A stretch of DNA of 64,000 bases from a bacterium (GTDB lineage Bacteria; Bacteroidota; Ignavibacteria; UBA10030). How positions within the stretch are numbered: position 1 is the first letter of the stretch; each line of letters opens with the position of its first letter. Made by a program: the position numbers and the translations under genes. The notes under the pieces are model-generated. The model saw only the letters and a program-made list of their open reading frames with translations, was not told the DNA's origin and ran no database searches. Positions 9,598 through 19,275 of this stretch are shown here, piece by piece. The stretch is taken from assembly GCA_043803945.1 (NCBI GenBank), contig JAZDJN010000018.1, forward strand, positions 1 through 64,000, written 5' to 3'.

Positions 9598-9705
9598 ATT
9601 AACAAGGGCATCAGAAACCAGTTCCTGACGCATCTATCAGAAAGCCATTCCGTGCTGCAATCACCACATTCTTCTAACCTAAGTCAACGTGGATACGTAT
9701 CGACC
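9598..9705 (-). promoter_or_regulatory. Copy 2 of the ~105-bp 'S' element, ~120 bp upstream of sigma gene 2. The GGAAC -35-like box is present.
   Basis: Alignment with 6847-6950. The GGAACTGG…TTGTTAAT arrangement is visible. Confidence 0.35.
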
Positions 9706-9842
9706 TCGAAGATTCGCCGCTGGTACATCAATATACGCACCCGGTATCCTCATTTCTCCAATAAAACTCCTCCTCTTGCCAATCTGAAGAGCATTGCGTA
9801 GAATGCACCGCATAGTTGTTCATACCATAGAAAAGGACATGT

Positions 9843-12191
9843 ATGAATCGCCGCGACGCCATCAAACTTACCGGACTTGCATTAAGCTCGGTCGTCCTTC
9901 CTTCCATCAGCAGATCCGGGCAGTTCGAATATCTTGACCTTCCAATCGATCAGGATCATCTGAAGCAACTTGAACGGCTGCGCGGCGAACGACCAGCATA
10001 CTCTTCTGTAAAGATCGAACGGGGCGGGCCGCGGCTCTTCATTAACGGAAAAGAAGAATACCCCTTCTTCGCCGGAAGCTCCGGACTCATTCATACCATA
10101 AAAAGTTTTAAGGAGTCGGGCATAAAATTTTTCCATCCACTCATCAGTATTGAAGCCGGGTGGATTGGAGCGAAGAAGTACGAATGGTCGGGAGTTGACA
10201 ATTACCTCGCCCGCTTGCTTGCTCTTGTTCCCGATGCAGTTTTCCTCCCGCGCATCCATCTCTATGCTCCCGATTGGTGGAAGGAATCTCATCCCGATGA
10301 AGTGGTAAGCTATGGGCTTCCCATCGATGTTCTGTTCAATAAAATGGAGAAGCTTATCATCGACAGCGGATTGAATTGGAATTGTGTACTCGATGCGTAC
10401 GGAGCATCGCTCGCCTCCGAGATCTGGCAACGCGACATGGGTGAAACACTCCGGAGTTTTCTTCGGCACATGGAGCAATCGCCGCTCCAAAGCAGAATTA
10501 TCGGGTATCATTATGTCGGTGCGATGACCGCCGAGTGGCATTACACCGGCGCGCGGTACCTGCCGGATTACAGCAAGCCGATGCAGCGTGTTGCCGGCCC
10601 TGTCCCCACAAAAGAGCAGCGGATGACTACAACAAGCGGTTTATTGCGCGACCCGGAGAAAGAACAGCCTGTCATAGACTTTTATAGAAGGTTTCACGAG
10701 AACACCGCTGCCGTCGCTGCTCACTTTGCCGGGATTATAAAACAGGAAACGAAACGCCGCGTCGTTGTCGGTACGTTCTTCAGTTATGTCCTTGAAAATG
10801 TCAGTATCCAGGAGGCGGGACACCTTGTGCCGCATGCAGTGCTGAACTCGAAGGATATCGATTACCTCGCCTGTCCCTACACCTACGAGCATGGCAACGT
10901 CCCCGGTAAGCAGCGATGGGAAAGTGATATTATCGACGATACCGGACGCTTGCTTGGCCGTGCGCGCGGTGTCGGGGGAGACGGCGGTTTCAGAATTTTA
11001 TTGGAATCTCTGCGTCGGCACAAAAAACTGTTCATCTCCGAAATCGATCCGGCAACATATCTCGAGCCGGTAAAGACAACCGAAGGCGGAACTGGATTCG
11101 ATACACTGGAAGGCACGTTGCGTATCCTCCGCCGCGATATCACACAGGTCTTTGCACAAGGATGCGGCGGCTGGCTTTTTGAATTCGGACACATTCCCTC
11201 CTTCAAGGCCAATCGGGGCTGGTATGACAGTGAACCCATGATCAAAGAAGTCCGGGGATGGATGGAGCTCGGTCAGAAGCGGCCTGAGCTTGCCGTCGAT
11301 TCCGTTGCTGAAATTGCTGCGGTGTACGACGTCAAGAGCTTTTTTGCTACACAACATTGGAAAGCCGAGGAGCCCTGGGGAGGATTTGGTATTTCCATCT
11401 CTGATTTCTTCAACCACTGGCTGCTCAATACGCAGGCACGCACTATTCACCGCATCGGAGCGCCGGTCGATTTTCTCTATCGTTTCGATCTCAGAATATC
11501 CGATGCGCGGCGCTATAAGCTCTTTATCATGCCAAACCTCTTTTACCTGACAGCCAATGAAGTGCAACAACTGCGCATCATGTTCAAAGGGAGCGGTGCA
11601 ACGGTGATCTGGTATTACGCACCAGGATACATCACACCAAAACGATTTGACCTCCATCAAATGGAGATGCTGACCGGATTCAAATTCGAGCGCATCGATC
11701 AGCCGGGTTCTATGATGATCGATTGCGCAGAGGGGCGTGAGCTTCTCGGTTTCGGTGAAAAGTTCGGTGTGAAGAAAGACCATTTTCCACGATTCGTTGT
11801 CGATGCTTCCGCTTCGCCCGTACGTGTGCTCGGCCGATGGACAGACAACAACGAAGTTGCCTTTGCGAGAAGAGACTATGAGGGATGGAAATCCGTTTAC
11901 GCCGGCAGCGGCCCGCTTCCGGTAGAACTCCTCCGCCCACTTGCCGAAAAGGCCGGCGTGCGTTTGTGGTCTTCGGAGCCCGATGTGATTCGTGCAACCC
12001 GCGACGCCGTAATGATTACAGCCACAAGCAAAGGGGGGAGAACGTTGCAGCTTCACAAACGAATGCGACCGAGTGAAACCAGCAATCTTGCCATAGAGCA
12101 TACGCTCGAGATGGAGCATGGCGATGTGAAGGTGTTTGTGGGGGGAAAGGAAGTGCACCAAAGGCGCATGCGCCTTCGGCGCAAAGTATAA
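9843..12191 (+). CDS. Tat-exported glycoside-hydrolase-like protein. A TIM-barrel-like N-terminal part is followed by a GH42-type (beta-galactosidase middle/trimerisation, GATase1-like) domain.
   Basis: 782 aa. Twin-arginine signal MNRRDAIKLTGLAL. The segment YKLFIMPNLFYLTANEVQQLRIMFKGSGATVIWYY resembles the GH42 middle domain. Confidence 0.45.
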   Translation: MNRRDAIKLTGLALSSVVLPSISRSGQFEYLDLPIDQDHLKQLERLRGERPAYSSVKIERGGPRLFINGKEEYPFFAGSSGLIHTIKSFKESGIKFFHPLISIEAGWIGAKKYEWSGVDNYLARLLALVPDAVFLPRIHLYAPDWWKESHPDEVVSYGLPIDVLFNKMEKLIIDSGLNWNCVLDAYGASLASEIWQRDMGETLRSFLRHMEQSPLQSRIIGYHYVGAMTAEWHYTGARYLPDYSKPMQRVAGPVPTKEQRMTTTSGLLRDPEKEQPVIDFYRRFHENTAAVAAHFAGIIKQETKRRVVVGTFFSYVLENVSIQEAGHLVPHAVLNSKDIDYLACPYTYEHGNVPGKQRWESDIIDDTGRLLGRARGVGGDGGFRILLESLRRHKKLFISEIDPATYLEPVKTTEGGTGFDTLEGTLRILRRDITQVFAQGCGGWLFEFGHIPSFKANRGWYDSEPMIKEVRGWMELGQKRPELAVDSVAEIAAVYDVKSFFATQHWKAEEPWGGFGISISDFFNHWLLNTQARTIHRIGAPVDFLYRFDLRISDARRYKLFIMPNLFYLTANEVQQLRIMFKGSGATVIWYYAPGYITPKRFDLHQMEMLTGFKFERIDQPGSMMIDCAEGRELLGFGEKFGVKKDHFPRFVVDASASPVRVLGRWTDNNEVAFARRDYEGWKSVYAGSGPLPVELLRPLAEKAGVRLWSSEPDVIRATRDAVMITATSKGGRTLQLHKRMRPSETSNLAIEHTLEMEHGDVKVFVGGKEVHQRRMRLRRKV

Positions 12192-12281
12192 AGTAGTAAG
12201 TATAAAGATTACAGATAACAGACTACAGAGAGCAGAGGGCAGATAGAGAAAACAAGGCTTGAGTATCAAGTAAGAAGAAGA

Positions 12282-13307
12282 ATGATGTATAGTAGATCAT
12301 ACTGGTTCGGAACAACGGCGCTTAATTGGCGGTTCGTATCCCTGTGTCGATCCTTCGCAACGTTATTGTTCCTCTCCTATTCCACCTCGGCTGCTCAGCA
12401 AACCATAGATAGCTCGGTCATTTTTCTCTTTGGCGGCGATGTGACATTCTCAAACCGTGTTGCACAGCATGTCGGCAACAATCTGGAGTATGTCTTTCAA
12501 CACTGGAATGAGATTGGTCAATTCGATATGATGATGGTCAACCTGGAAAGTCCGGTTACCTTCTTAACGGACAGTGTCGAGAAAGAATATGTCTACCGGA
12601 TGCATCTCAAGTATCTCAGGAGTTTGAAGAACGCCGGTATAGGCGTGGTCACCTGCGGCAACAATCATATGGCGGACTTTGGCAGGAAGGGTATTCTTGA
12701 GACGCTTAACTTTCTCGATTCGGCAGGTATTTGCTACACGGGGGCAGGGAAAAATATTCAGGAAGCCCGCACACCTATAGTTTTTAATTTTCAGGGGATA
12801 AAGATTGGCTTGCTTGGGTACGGCGGGAGCGGTAAAGATCATGCAGCCTCAGCGCTTGCCGGCACAACACCGCGGAATGAATCGATGATTCTTGAAGATG
12901 TGCGCAAGGCAAAACTGACTATGGATTTTCTGGTCGTCAACCTCCACTGGGGAGAAGAACGATCGGAAGAGCCCTCACAGGCACAGCGAACTCTTGCCCA
13001 TCGGATTATCAATGCTGGCGCAAATCTCATCATCGGCCATCACTCCCACACACTCCAGGCCGTTGAGGAGTATAAAAACGGCGTTATTGCCTATTCGCTC
13101 GGCAATTTTGTGTTCGGCGGAAACATTGCCTGGTCAAACGGTTTAACAGCAGTAATGAAGGCAACATTCACCCGCGAAGGTATGAAGCACGAACTTGTTC
13201 CTGTTGAATTAATCAACTGGCAGCCGCGGCCGGCACAGGGAAAGAAAAAGGAACAGGTGTTGAAGCTTGTTGCGGAACGGACACAGGCGTTGAAGAAAAT
13301 GAAGTAA
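12282..13307 (+). CDS. CapA/PGA_cap family metallophosphatase-like protein (the poly-gamma-glutamate capsule synthesis CapA family).
   Basis: 341 aa. An N-terminal hydrophobic leader and the motifs GGDVTFS, GNNHMADFG and IGHHSHTLQ are typical of PGA_cap. Confidence 0.65.
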   Translation: MMYSRSYWFGTTALNWRFVSLCRSFATLLFLSYSTSAAQQTIDSSVIFLFGGDVTFSNRVAQHVGNNLEYVFQHWNEIGQFDMMMVNLESPVTFLTDSVEKEYVYRMHLKYLRSLKNAGIGVVTCGNNHMADFGRKGILETLNFLDSAGICYTGAGKNIQEARTPIVFNFQGIKIGLLGYGGSGKDHAASALAGTTPRNESMILEDVRKAKLTMDFLVVNLHWGEERSEEPSQAQRTLAHRIINAGANLIIGHHSHTLQAVEEYKNGVIAYSLGNFVFGGNIAWSNGLTAVMKATFTREGMKHELVPVELINWQPRPAQGKKKEQVLKLVAERTQALKKMK

Positions 13308-13460
13308 GAGGTAATAAGTAAAAAGTAGAAAGTAGAAAGAATACAGATTACAGATGGAAGTATTAAGCATTTTTCTTCTCTTTTTTCCCGTTCCCGGGCT
13401 CTGCTGGGGAGAGCCCACTTGGAAAGTCAGAATTAGGACGTATCTTATGGACAAAGACAT

Positions 13461-15281
13461 TTGTTAAATAACCGTTCAAACAAGCAATATTACCATTTAA
13501 TGAACACTGCCATGCTTCGATTTATTACATTGCTCTCCGGTATTCTCGTTTTTCAGGTCTCCGCGCAAACTGGTGTTCCGGCATTATCGGGATTTTCAAC
13601 CAGTCCGTACTTCAACGAACAGGTACGTTCTCTCCGCTTCAATCCGGAGGTGAGCATTCTCATCAATGCCCCTGCGGCCACACAGTTCGATCCATCGAAA
13701 CGCGTTATCCTTGCGCTCTATGCGCTGCCCAACGGGAACATCATCGAGCAGACAATTGGAAAAACACTCAAGCCCGGCGACGACTGGCACTTCAACATCC
13801 AACACATTGGTGCGCAGACACGGTTCCTGCGGGAGTATGTCTCAGACTATAACTTTGTTGTCGCGTACCTGATGACAGATCAAAAAAGCTGGCCCGCGTG
13901 GAAAGGGAAGCACCCGGATTATCCAATCATCATTCAATCAATTGTCGATTCATTGAAGGGAATGTTTCATGCGTTCACGACAAGTATTGTCTTAACCGGA
14001 CACAGCGGAGGCGGGAGTTTCACGTTTGGATATCTTGATGGGGTTGAGGAGATACCCGGAGATGTTGAACGGATCGTTTTTCTCGACAGCAACTATGGAT
14101 ACAAGGAGCAATATGCCGGTAAGTTTGTGAAATGGCTTAACGCTTCAGCGAGGCACATCCTGTGTGTGATTGCCTACAATGACAGCATTGCCTTGCTGAA
14201 TGGGAAACGGTTTGTGTCAGACAGCGGCGGCACCTGGTTTCGCAGCAAGCTTATGCAGCGCGACCTTGCACAATCGATATCATTCGATCTCAAGGAAGAC
14301 ACAAGTTTCATTCTTTATACCGGCTTCAATAAGCGTGTTCAGTTCATCCTTAAGCACAATCCTCAACGGTTGATCTATCATACCGTACAGGTAGATCTCA
14401 ACGGATTCATCCATGGCATGCTGATTGCCACAATGCTGGAAGGTCTCGGCTACGATTACTTTGGTTCAAGGGTCTATTCAAAATGGATTCACACAGAACT
14501 TCCCCAACTCCCGGCAATGCGTATTCCGCCCCGCCTAAAGGACGCACCGGGCGGATCGGTATTTATGGATTTAGTCAAGAACCTTTCCTTCGAAGAACGC
14601 GAGATGAGAATTTACAACGAGCTTGCCCGCGGCAACATACCCGATTTTCTCCGTAAGACTTTGAGCGTTACACTAGTCGGTTCTGACCGCCTCGGAAAAC
14701 AATCCACGGTTACTATCGAAGCAATGCCCGACTTTCTCGCCATTGGATCGGATGATGATTTCTGCCGCATACCCATGGGACCGATCACAGCACAGCGCCT
14801 CGCCGATCTCTTTACGGCAACATTGCCCACTCGAAAGCTTGTCGATGAAATTTATAGGAACGCCGCTGTGAAGCTCGATCCTGTTCCGTACCTGCCTGTT
14901 GGCAACACAAATGAAACGGTGGAAAAATTTATCGAGCACAACCGGGCAATTGAACGGCAACGCGCCCAGGCGGGAGCCGGACTGGGAGCATTAGTGGCGG
15001 GTATAAAAAAAGACGTGGTCCTCAGCAACAAGCTTATCGACTCCGCACGAACACATCATGTAACGATCTACGGCTGGCACCGATTAGACGGAGCTCCGAT
15101 TCAACCGCTGACAAACATTCACATCGACCGCTATGTCGATTACAGTCACGGCATCCGCTTGCTGAAAGCAACGGTTGTCATCGACAGTACTGTCTATCAA
15201 ATGAGCGAGGTGCTGAGAAATTCCATCCTCTATAAATTGATTAGTGACGAGCAGGGTCCGATGGTGCGGACACGATATTGA
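13461..15281 (+). CDS. Secreted hypothetical protein with a GXSXG-containing segment (TGHSGGGSF). It may be an alpha/beta-hydrolase-like protein.
   Basis: 606-aa ORF with a signal-peptide-like N-terminus (LLSGILVFQVSAQ). No family was recognised beyond the GXSXG motif. Confidence 0.4.
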   Translation: MLNNRSNKQYYHLMNTAMLRFITLLSGILVFQVSAQTGVPALSGFSTSPYFNEQVRSLRFNPEVSILINAPAATQFDPSKRVILALYALPNGNIIEQTIGKTLKPGDDWHFNIQHIGAQTRFLREYVSDYNFVVAYLMTDQKSWPAWKGKHPDYPIIIQSIVDSLKGMFHAFTTSIVLTGHSGGGSFTFGYLDGVEEIPGDVERIVFLDSNYGYKEQYAGKFVKWLNASARHILCVIAYNDSIALLNGKRFVSDSGGTWFRSKLMQRDLAQSISFDLKEDTSFILYTGFNKRVQFILKHNPQRLIYHTVQVDLNGFIHGMLIATMLEGLGYDYFGSRVYSKWIHTELPQLPAMRIPPRLKDAPGGSVFMDLVKNLSFEEREMRIYNELARGNIPDFLRKTLSVTLVGSDRLGKQSTVTIEAMPDFLAIGSDDDFCRIPMGPITAQRLADLFTATLPTRKLVDEIYRNAAVKLDPVPYLPVGNTNETVEKFIEHNRAIERQRAQAGAGLGALVAGIKKDVVLSNKLIDSARTHHVTIYGWHRLDGAPIQPLTNIHIDRYVDYSHGIRLLKATVVIDSTVYQMSEVLRNSILYKLISDEQGPMVRTRY

Positions 15282-15729
15282 TTTCCACGTGGTCGCAAAT
15301 AATTTCCCCGCTGTAACTTCTTCATATGCACTGCTTTGTAATATCTCCATTTTGCGAATTCCGTATTAACTTGACAATGAATCATCTTCCTTCTATTGTT
15401 GTGCCGCACATTGTGCACAAAGAATGGAGTTGTCGTTATGTTACACCAAAGTATCCTCACCGCAAGTATTTTCTCACTGGTTATCACGAAGAAAATCGCT
15501 TCCTTCTGCAAACACTTCTCTTACTCCGGGCGAGTCTGTCGTATTCTCGATTAGATCGTTAACATTTCTTTTCTGACGAACCAAATCAACTGGGAAGAAG
15601 TTTCTAAAGTCTCTTTGCATTCTTGGCGCACTTGGCGGTTCAGATTTTGAATCAAAGGATCACAATTTTTACTCCTGTATAACGTGAGTCATAAACTCAC
15701 ACATTCAATCACAACATAAGGATCGTTAT

Positions 15730-17700
15730 ATGGAACTCATACTGCTCTTCATCACCCTTTTTATATTCTTATCTCTTGTCATTATCCTGCCATCGATTCG
15801 GATGATTGGCCCGACGGAGGTTGGACTTGTAACAAAGCGATTTTCAATCTCAAAGCTTTCCGAAGACAACCCTATTGCCTTCAATGGCGAAGCCGGCTAT
15901 CAGGCCGATTTGCTGATGGCCGGATGGCGGTTCAAACTCTGGCTGCTCTACCGGGTAGAGAAGCATCCCTGGGTGCAGGTGCCGGCAGGTGAAATCGGAG
16001 TGGTCATTGCCCAGGTTGGCAAACCTCTTCCCATTGGAGCAAAGTCGGCAATTTTTAAAACGGAATTTGCAAATTTCTCCAACCTCCGTTCATTTGTCAA
16101 GTTAGGAGGACAGAAAGGCGTTCAGCGGCCGGTTCTTTCACCGGGAAGTTTGGTGCCGATTCACCCTATCGGTTTTCTGATCATTACCAAGAAAGCGGTG
16201 TATGGAATTCCCGTTACTCCGGAATTGAAGGCGATGAAGGACAGCGGAAGAATTCTTACCCCTGAGACCTTTGGTTTGCATGCCGGCCAGTTACAGGTTG
16301 TGCGGGTGGAACCCAGGGTCGATGAAGGCAGGGTGGTCGATATTGTCGGTATTGTAACGACCTATGAGGGCGATCCGCTGCATGCGGGCGATATTGCCAA
16401 CAGAATCGGCTGCTTCGACGACATTGCTCAACTCGAGAAAAATAATGCCGGCGATGCCGAGTTGATGGAAACGATTCTGGCAAGCAAAAACAATGTCCAC
16501 AATAACTATCAGGATTTTCAAGTATTCCTGGAGAGCGGCGGCAAGATCGGTTTGCAGCATGATCCTTTGCTGTACGGAGCTTACAATCTGAATCCATTTC
16601 TCGTGAGTGTCGAATTGGTACCGATGCTTGTCGTCGAGCAGGGACAGGTTGCTGTTATCAAATCCTATGTCGGTTTGGCATCGCAGGATATGTCGGGTGT
16701 CGAGTTCAAGTTCGGTTCGCTTGTCCGGCCGGGTCATCGCGGCATCTGGCGCGAGCCGCTGCGCACAGGCAAGTATCCGTTGAATCCTCATTGTTATAAG
16801 GCGGAGATTGTGCCGACAGCCATTTTAAACCTGAACTGGGCCCTGGCAACATCGGAAGCGCATAACTTGGACAAGAACCTTCAGCAGATTATTGCCAAGT
16901 CGAGGGAAGGATTTGTTTTCAAGATCGATTTACAGGTGCAGATCCACATTCCCGATACGCAGGCCTCGAAGGTGATCAGCATGGTTGGCACGGTGAAGAA
17001 TCTTGTCAACGAGGTGTTGCAGGCGGCGGTGGGTAACCATTTCCGCGATACGCTGCAATCGATGCCTTCCATCCGATTTATTGAAACGAGGCATGAAATT
17101 CAAAAGCAGGCAATGGACTACATCGAAAATAAGTTAAGGGAATACAATGTTGAGACGCGTGGCGTCTACATTCAGGACGTTATTTTGCCGGAAGATATGG
17201 TGAAAGTTTTGACAGAGCGTGAAATTGCCAACCAGGAGATCGAGACCTTCAAGAAACAGAAGCAGTCGCAGGATCAGCGCATTGAAACCGAAAAAGCACG
17301 CGGCACGGCGGATATGCAGAAGGAGCTTGCACAGTCGGAGGTAAATGTCACAATTGAAGGGAACAAAGCAGCGGCAATACGTATCAATGCCGATGCCTAT
17401 CAGTACAAGAAGGAAGCTGAAGGCCGCGGCGACTCCTTCTACGCTGGCGAGACCGGTCGTGCGAAGGGTGCCGAGATTGAAGCGGTAGGTATGGCACGCG
17501 CCAAAGCGGCAGAAGAGTTGAAGAAAGCGATTGGTGAGCAGTCTTCGACCATGGTCAACGTCGTCGATGCTGTAATGAAGGGAGAGAAAAAGATTATGCC
17601 GGAGATTCTAGTTCTCGGCGGCACGATGCCGGCTGTGGATGGATTAGCGGCTTCGTTGATGAAGTACCTTGGTGCCGCAGCGAGCGAGAAGAAAGCTTAA
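15730..17700 (+). CDS. SPFH/band-7 (flotillin-like, YqiK-type) membrane protein with a C-terminal coiled coil.
   Basis: 656 aa with an N-terminal TM helix and an SPFH-like core. The C-terminus is charged, alanine-rich and coiled-coil (EIETFKKQKQSQDQRIETEKARG…). Confidence 0.6.
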   Translation: MELILLFITLFIFLSLVIILPSIRMIGPTEVGLVTKRFSISKLSEDNPIAFNGEAGYQADLLMAGWRFKLWLLYRVEKHPWVQVPAGEIGVVIAQVGKPLPIGAKSAIFKTEFANFSNLRSFVKLGGQKGVQRPVLSPGSLVPIHPIGFLIITKKAVYGIPVTPELKAMKDSGRILTPETFGLHAGQLQVVRVEPRVDEGRVVDIVGIVTTYEGDPLHAGDIANRIGCFDDIAQLEKNNAGDAELMETILASKNNVHNNYQDFQVFLESGGKIGLQHDPLLYGAYNLNPFLVSVELVPMLVVEQGQVAVIKSYVGLASQDMSGVEFKFGSLVRPGHRGIWREPLRTGKYPLNPHCYKAEIVPTAILNLNWALATSEAHNLDKNLQQIIAKSREGFVFKIDLQVQIHIPDTQASKVISMVGTVKNLVNEVLQAAVGNHFRDTLQSMPSIRFIETRHEIQKQAMDYIENKLREYNVETRGVYIQDVILPEDMVKVLTEREIANQEIETFKKQKQSQDQRIETEKARGTADMQKELAQSEVNVTIEGNKAAAIRINADAYQYKKEAEGRGDSFYAGETGRAKGAEIEAVGMARAKAAEELKKAIGEQSSTMVNVVDAVMKGEKKIMPEILVLGGTMPAVDGLAASLMKYLGAAASEKKA

Positions 17701-17760
17701 CCGCCCTGCCCGCCGAAATGAAATTCATGCAGGCGGGCAAGGACGCCAAAATCGCCAAGA
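17701..17760. repeat. Short intergenic repeat: hairpin CCGCCCTGCCCGCC-loop-GGCGGGCAAGG followed by GACGCCAAAATCGCCAAGAA. On the reverse strand the tail reads TTCTTGGCGATTTTGGCGTC. Family members are at 5742-5793 and 20890-20960.
   Basis: Direct reading. It lies immediately after the stop codon of the SPFH gene. Confidence 0.6.
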
Positions 17761-17943
17761 ATTAATCTAGAGAAAGAGAGAATGCGGCCGTCGTCTAAGA
17801 AATGATATAGTGAGTGAGGCAGCGGCCGCTGTTATATAAATTCTCATTACCAAGCTCTGTTTTGTTTCTTCTCGTTCCAACGTTCTCGCCCCGAACAAGA
17901 ACGCTCTACGGTGATACGATGCAATGAACGAGAGAACTATTGA

Positions 17944-18178
17944 GTAATTCTACGCGGGGGCGTAGAATCAGGTGGGTGGACAATCGTCATTCCGGCCCGC
18001 CTGCCTTAATTAGGAAGTTGAATCGGCGAGGCAGGCGTGAGCCGGAATCCAGTTCTTTGGCTGTAATCTGGATCCCGTGTCAGGCACGGGATGACATTTT
18101 TTCCTTCTCCTCGTTTCGATGCTCCTGCGTCGAAACGAAAGTGCGCTACAGTGATTCTACGCAGGAGCGTAGAATCAA
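17944..18178. repeat. Cluster of five stable hairpins bounded by two copies of the same stem (ATTCTACGC-N4-GCGTAGAAT, at 17946-17967 and 18152-18177). This could be a MITE/PATE-like element or a structured ncRNA.
   Basis: Hairpins read directly: 17946-17967; 17986-18052 (a long stem gtcattccggcccgcctgcc…ggcaggcgtgagccggaatcc); 18070-18102 (ggatcccgtg-tcaggc-acgggat followed by gacatttttt); 18111-18138; and 18152-18177. Confidence 0.6.
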
Positions 18179-18276
18179 AAATGTACACAAAAAACAGAGA
18201 GCAGACGGTTTGTCTGCTCTCTGCAAACTCTATGCTTCATACTTTCTACTTAATACTTCTCACGTCTCACTGCTTT

Positions 18277-18699
18277 CTACTTGAGGCTAAGTTTAATTCC
18301 AATCAACGCCTTCGCAAACTCCACATCCTTTTTATACTTGAACGTTATTGTCAGCCCGCTGATCTTATTATAGTATTTTCCTTTTTTGAATTGCTCCTTT
18401 AACTCATCCGAAATCGCACTTTTCTCGATTATCTCTTTGGCTTTATCTGTAAAGTAGAAGGTGATTCTAAACGTGCCTTGAAGAACGGAAAGCCAGAAGA
18501 TAGTTTTTTTCTTCCTCGTTACTTTCATCAGCCAGCTTTTTCCGTCGTTGTAGTATCTCCATTCTTCGGAGATGTCCGGATGGTAGGTATGGATATATTC
18601 AAATAATGAAATCCACAGGCTTTTCGACTTGCCGAGATGGGAGAAGATGAGTTCTTCTGTTGGGTGTTGGGTCTTGTCTGTGAGGATGGGATTATCCAC
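18277..18699 (-). CDS. Hypothetical 140-aa protein of unrecognised family. A degraded partial copy lies at 25860-26075.
   Basis: ORF with a GTG start. Its promoter-proximal ~215 bp are ~75% identical to 25860-26075. Confidence 0.5.
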   Translation of the reverse strand: MDNPILTDKTQHPTEELIFSHLGKSKSLWISLFEYIHTYHPDISEEWRYYNDGKSWLMKVTRKKKTIFWLSVLQGTFRITFYFTDKAKEIIEKSAISDELKEQFKKGKYYNKISGLTITFKYKKDVEFAKALIGIKLSLK

Positions 18700-18864
18700 G
18701 TCTGTTCTCCTTGTCTACAATTGATGAGAGTGTTTTCTCGTTTATTCTTGTATGCAATCAGAAAAATATCACAAGCAGAGTTATGGAACGAAAGAAAAGC
18801 AATATAATTCCTGACAGCAGGCACACCTGGCACCGGAACGTTGCGCTGAATATATTTATACCGG

Positions 18865-19029
18865 TCAGGATTTCTCCTTGGACTCACGGCCGTTTTGCTC
18901 CTTGTAGCCGAACAAACCGAAGAGAGCAAACAAGCCATACAACCCGTACAAAACCGGATTGTCAAGTGTGGAGCCGAGAGAGCCAAGCAAACCAAGAAAT
19001 CCCAGGAACCCGAGCATGTTGAGTTTCAT
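18865..19029 (-). CDS. 54-aa Gly/Leu/Phe-rich small membrane peptide (MKLNMLGFLGFLGLLGSLGS…LYGLYGLFALFGLFGYKEQNGRESKEKS). It is a possible toxin, holin-like or bacteriocin-like peptide.
   Basis: ATG preceded by aaggag at -7. It has two hydrophobic GxxG-repeat segments and a charged tail, and sits 184 bp downstream of the OLD-family gene. Confidence 0.4.
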   Translation of the reverse strand: MKLNMLGFLGFLGLLGSLGSTLDNPVLYGLYGLFALFGLFGYKEQNGRESKEKS

Positions 19030-19275
19030 CGTTTTTCTCCTTTTGATTGTTAGTTGAGAAAATATTCTTTGGGTGCCCGCTGAGCATAACATTTAGGCAA
19101 AACGCCGTCCGCCGAAAGCGGATGGAGTAAGCACTTTGCATTTAGCCAACCTTTGTTTCACCATCGCCTTTCTAGCGTGCAAGCGTTTACCCGCCATGTT
19201 ATACCATTGGGCGGTCCGTTTTGCGTTTGTTATATGTCGCGCATCTGATTGGCGTCAGCCGCGAACTTCAAAGAC

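Noticed and set aside
10998-12269. 423-aa minus-strand ORF
   Set aside because: It is entirely antisense to the Tat-exported GH42-like gene, with no RBS. It is a shadow ORF.
15620-15638. Sigma-54 promoter interpretation of the TTGGCG-N-TTGGCGG motif
   Set aside because: The GG to GC spacing is 9-10 nt rather than the ~12 nt required for -24/-12 elements.
16291-16791. 166-aa minus-strand ORF within the SPFH gene
   Set aside because: Shadow ORF antisense to the flotillin-like gene.
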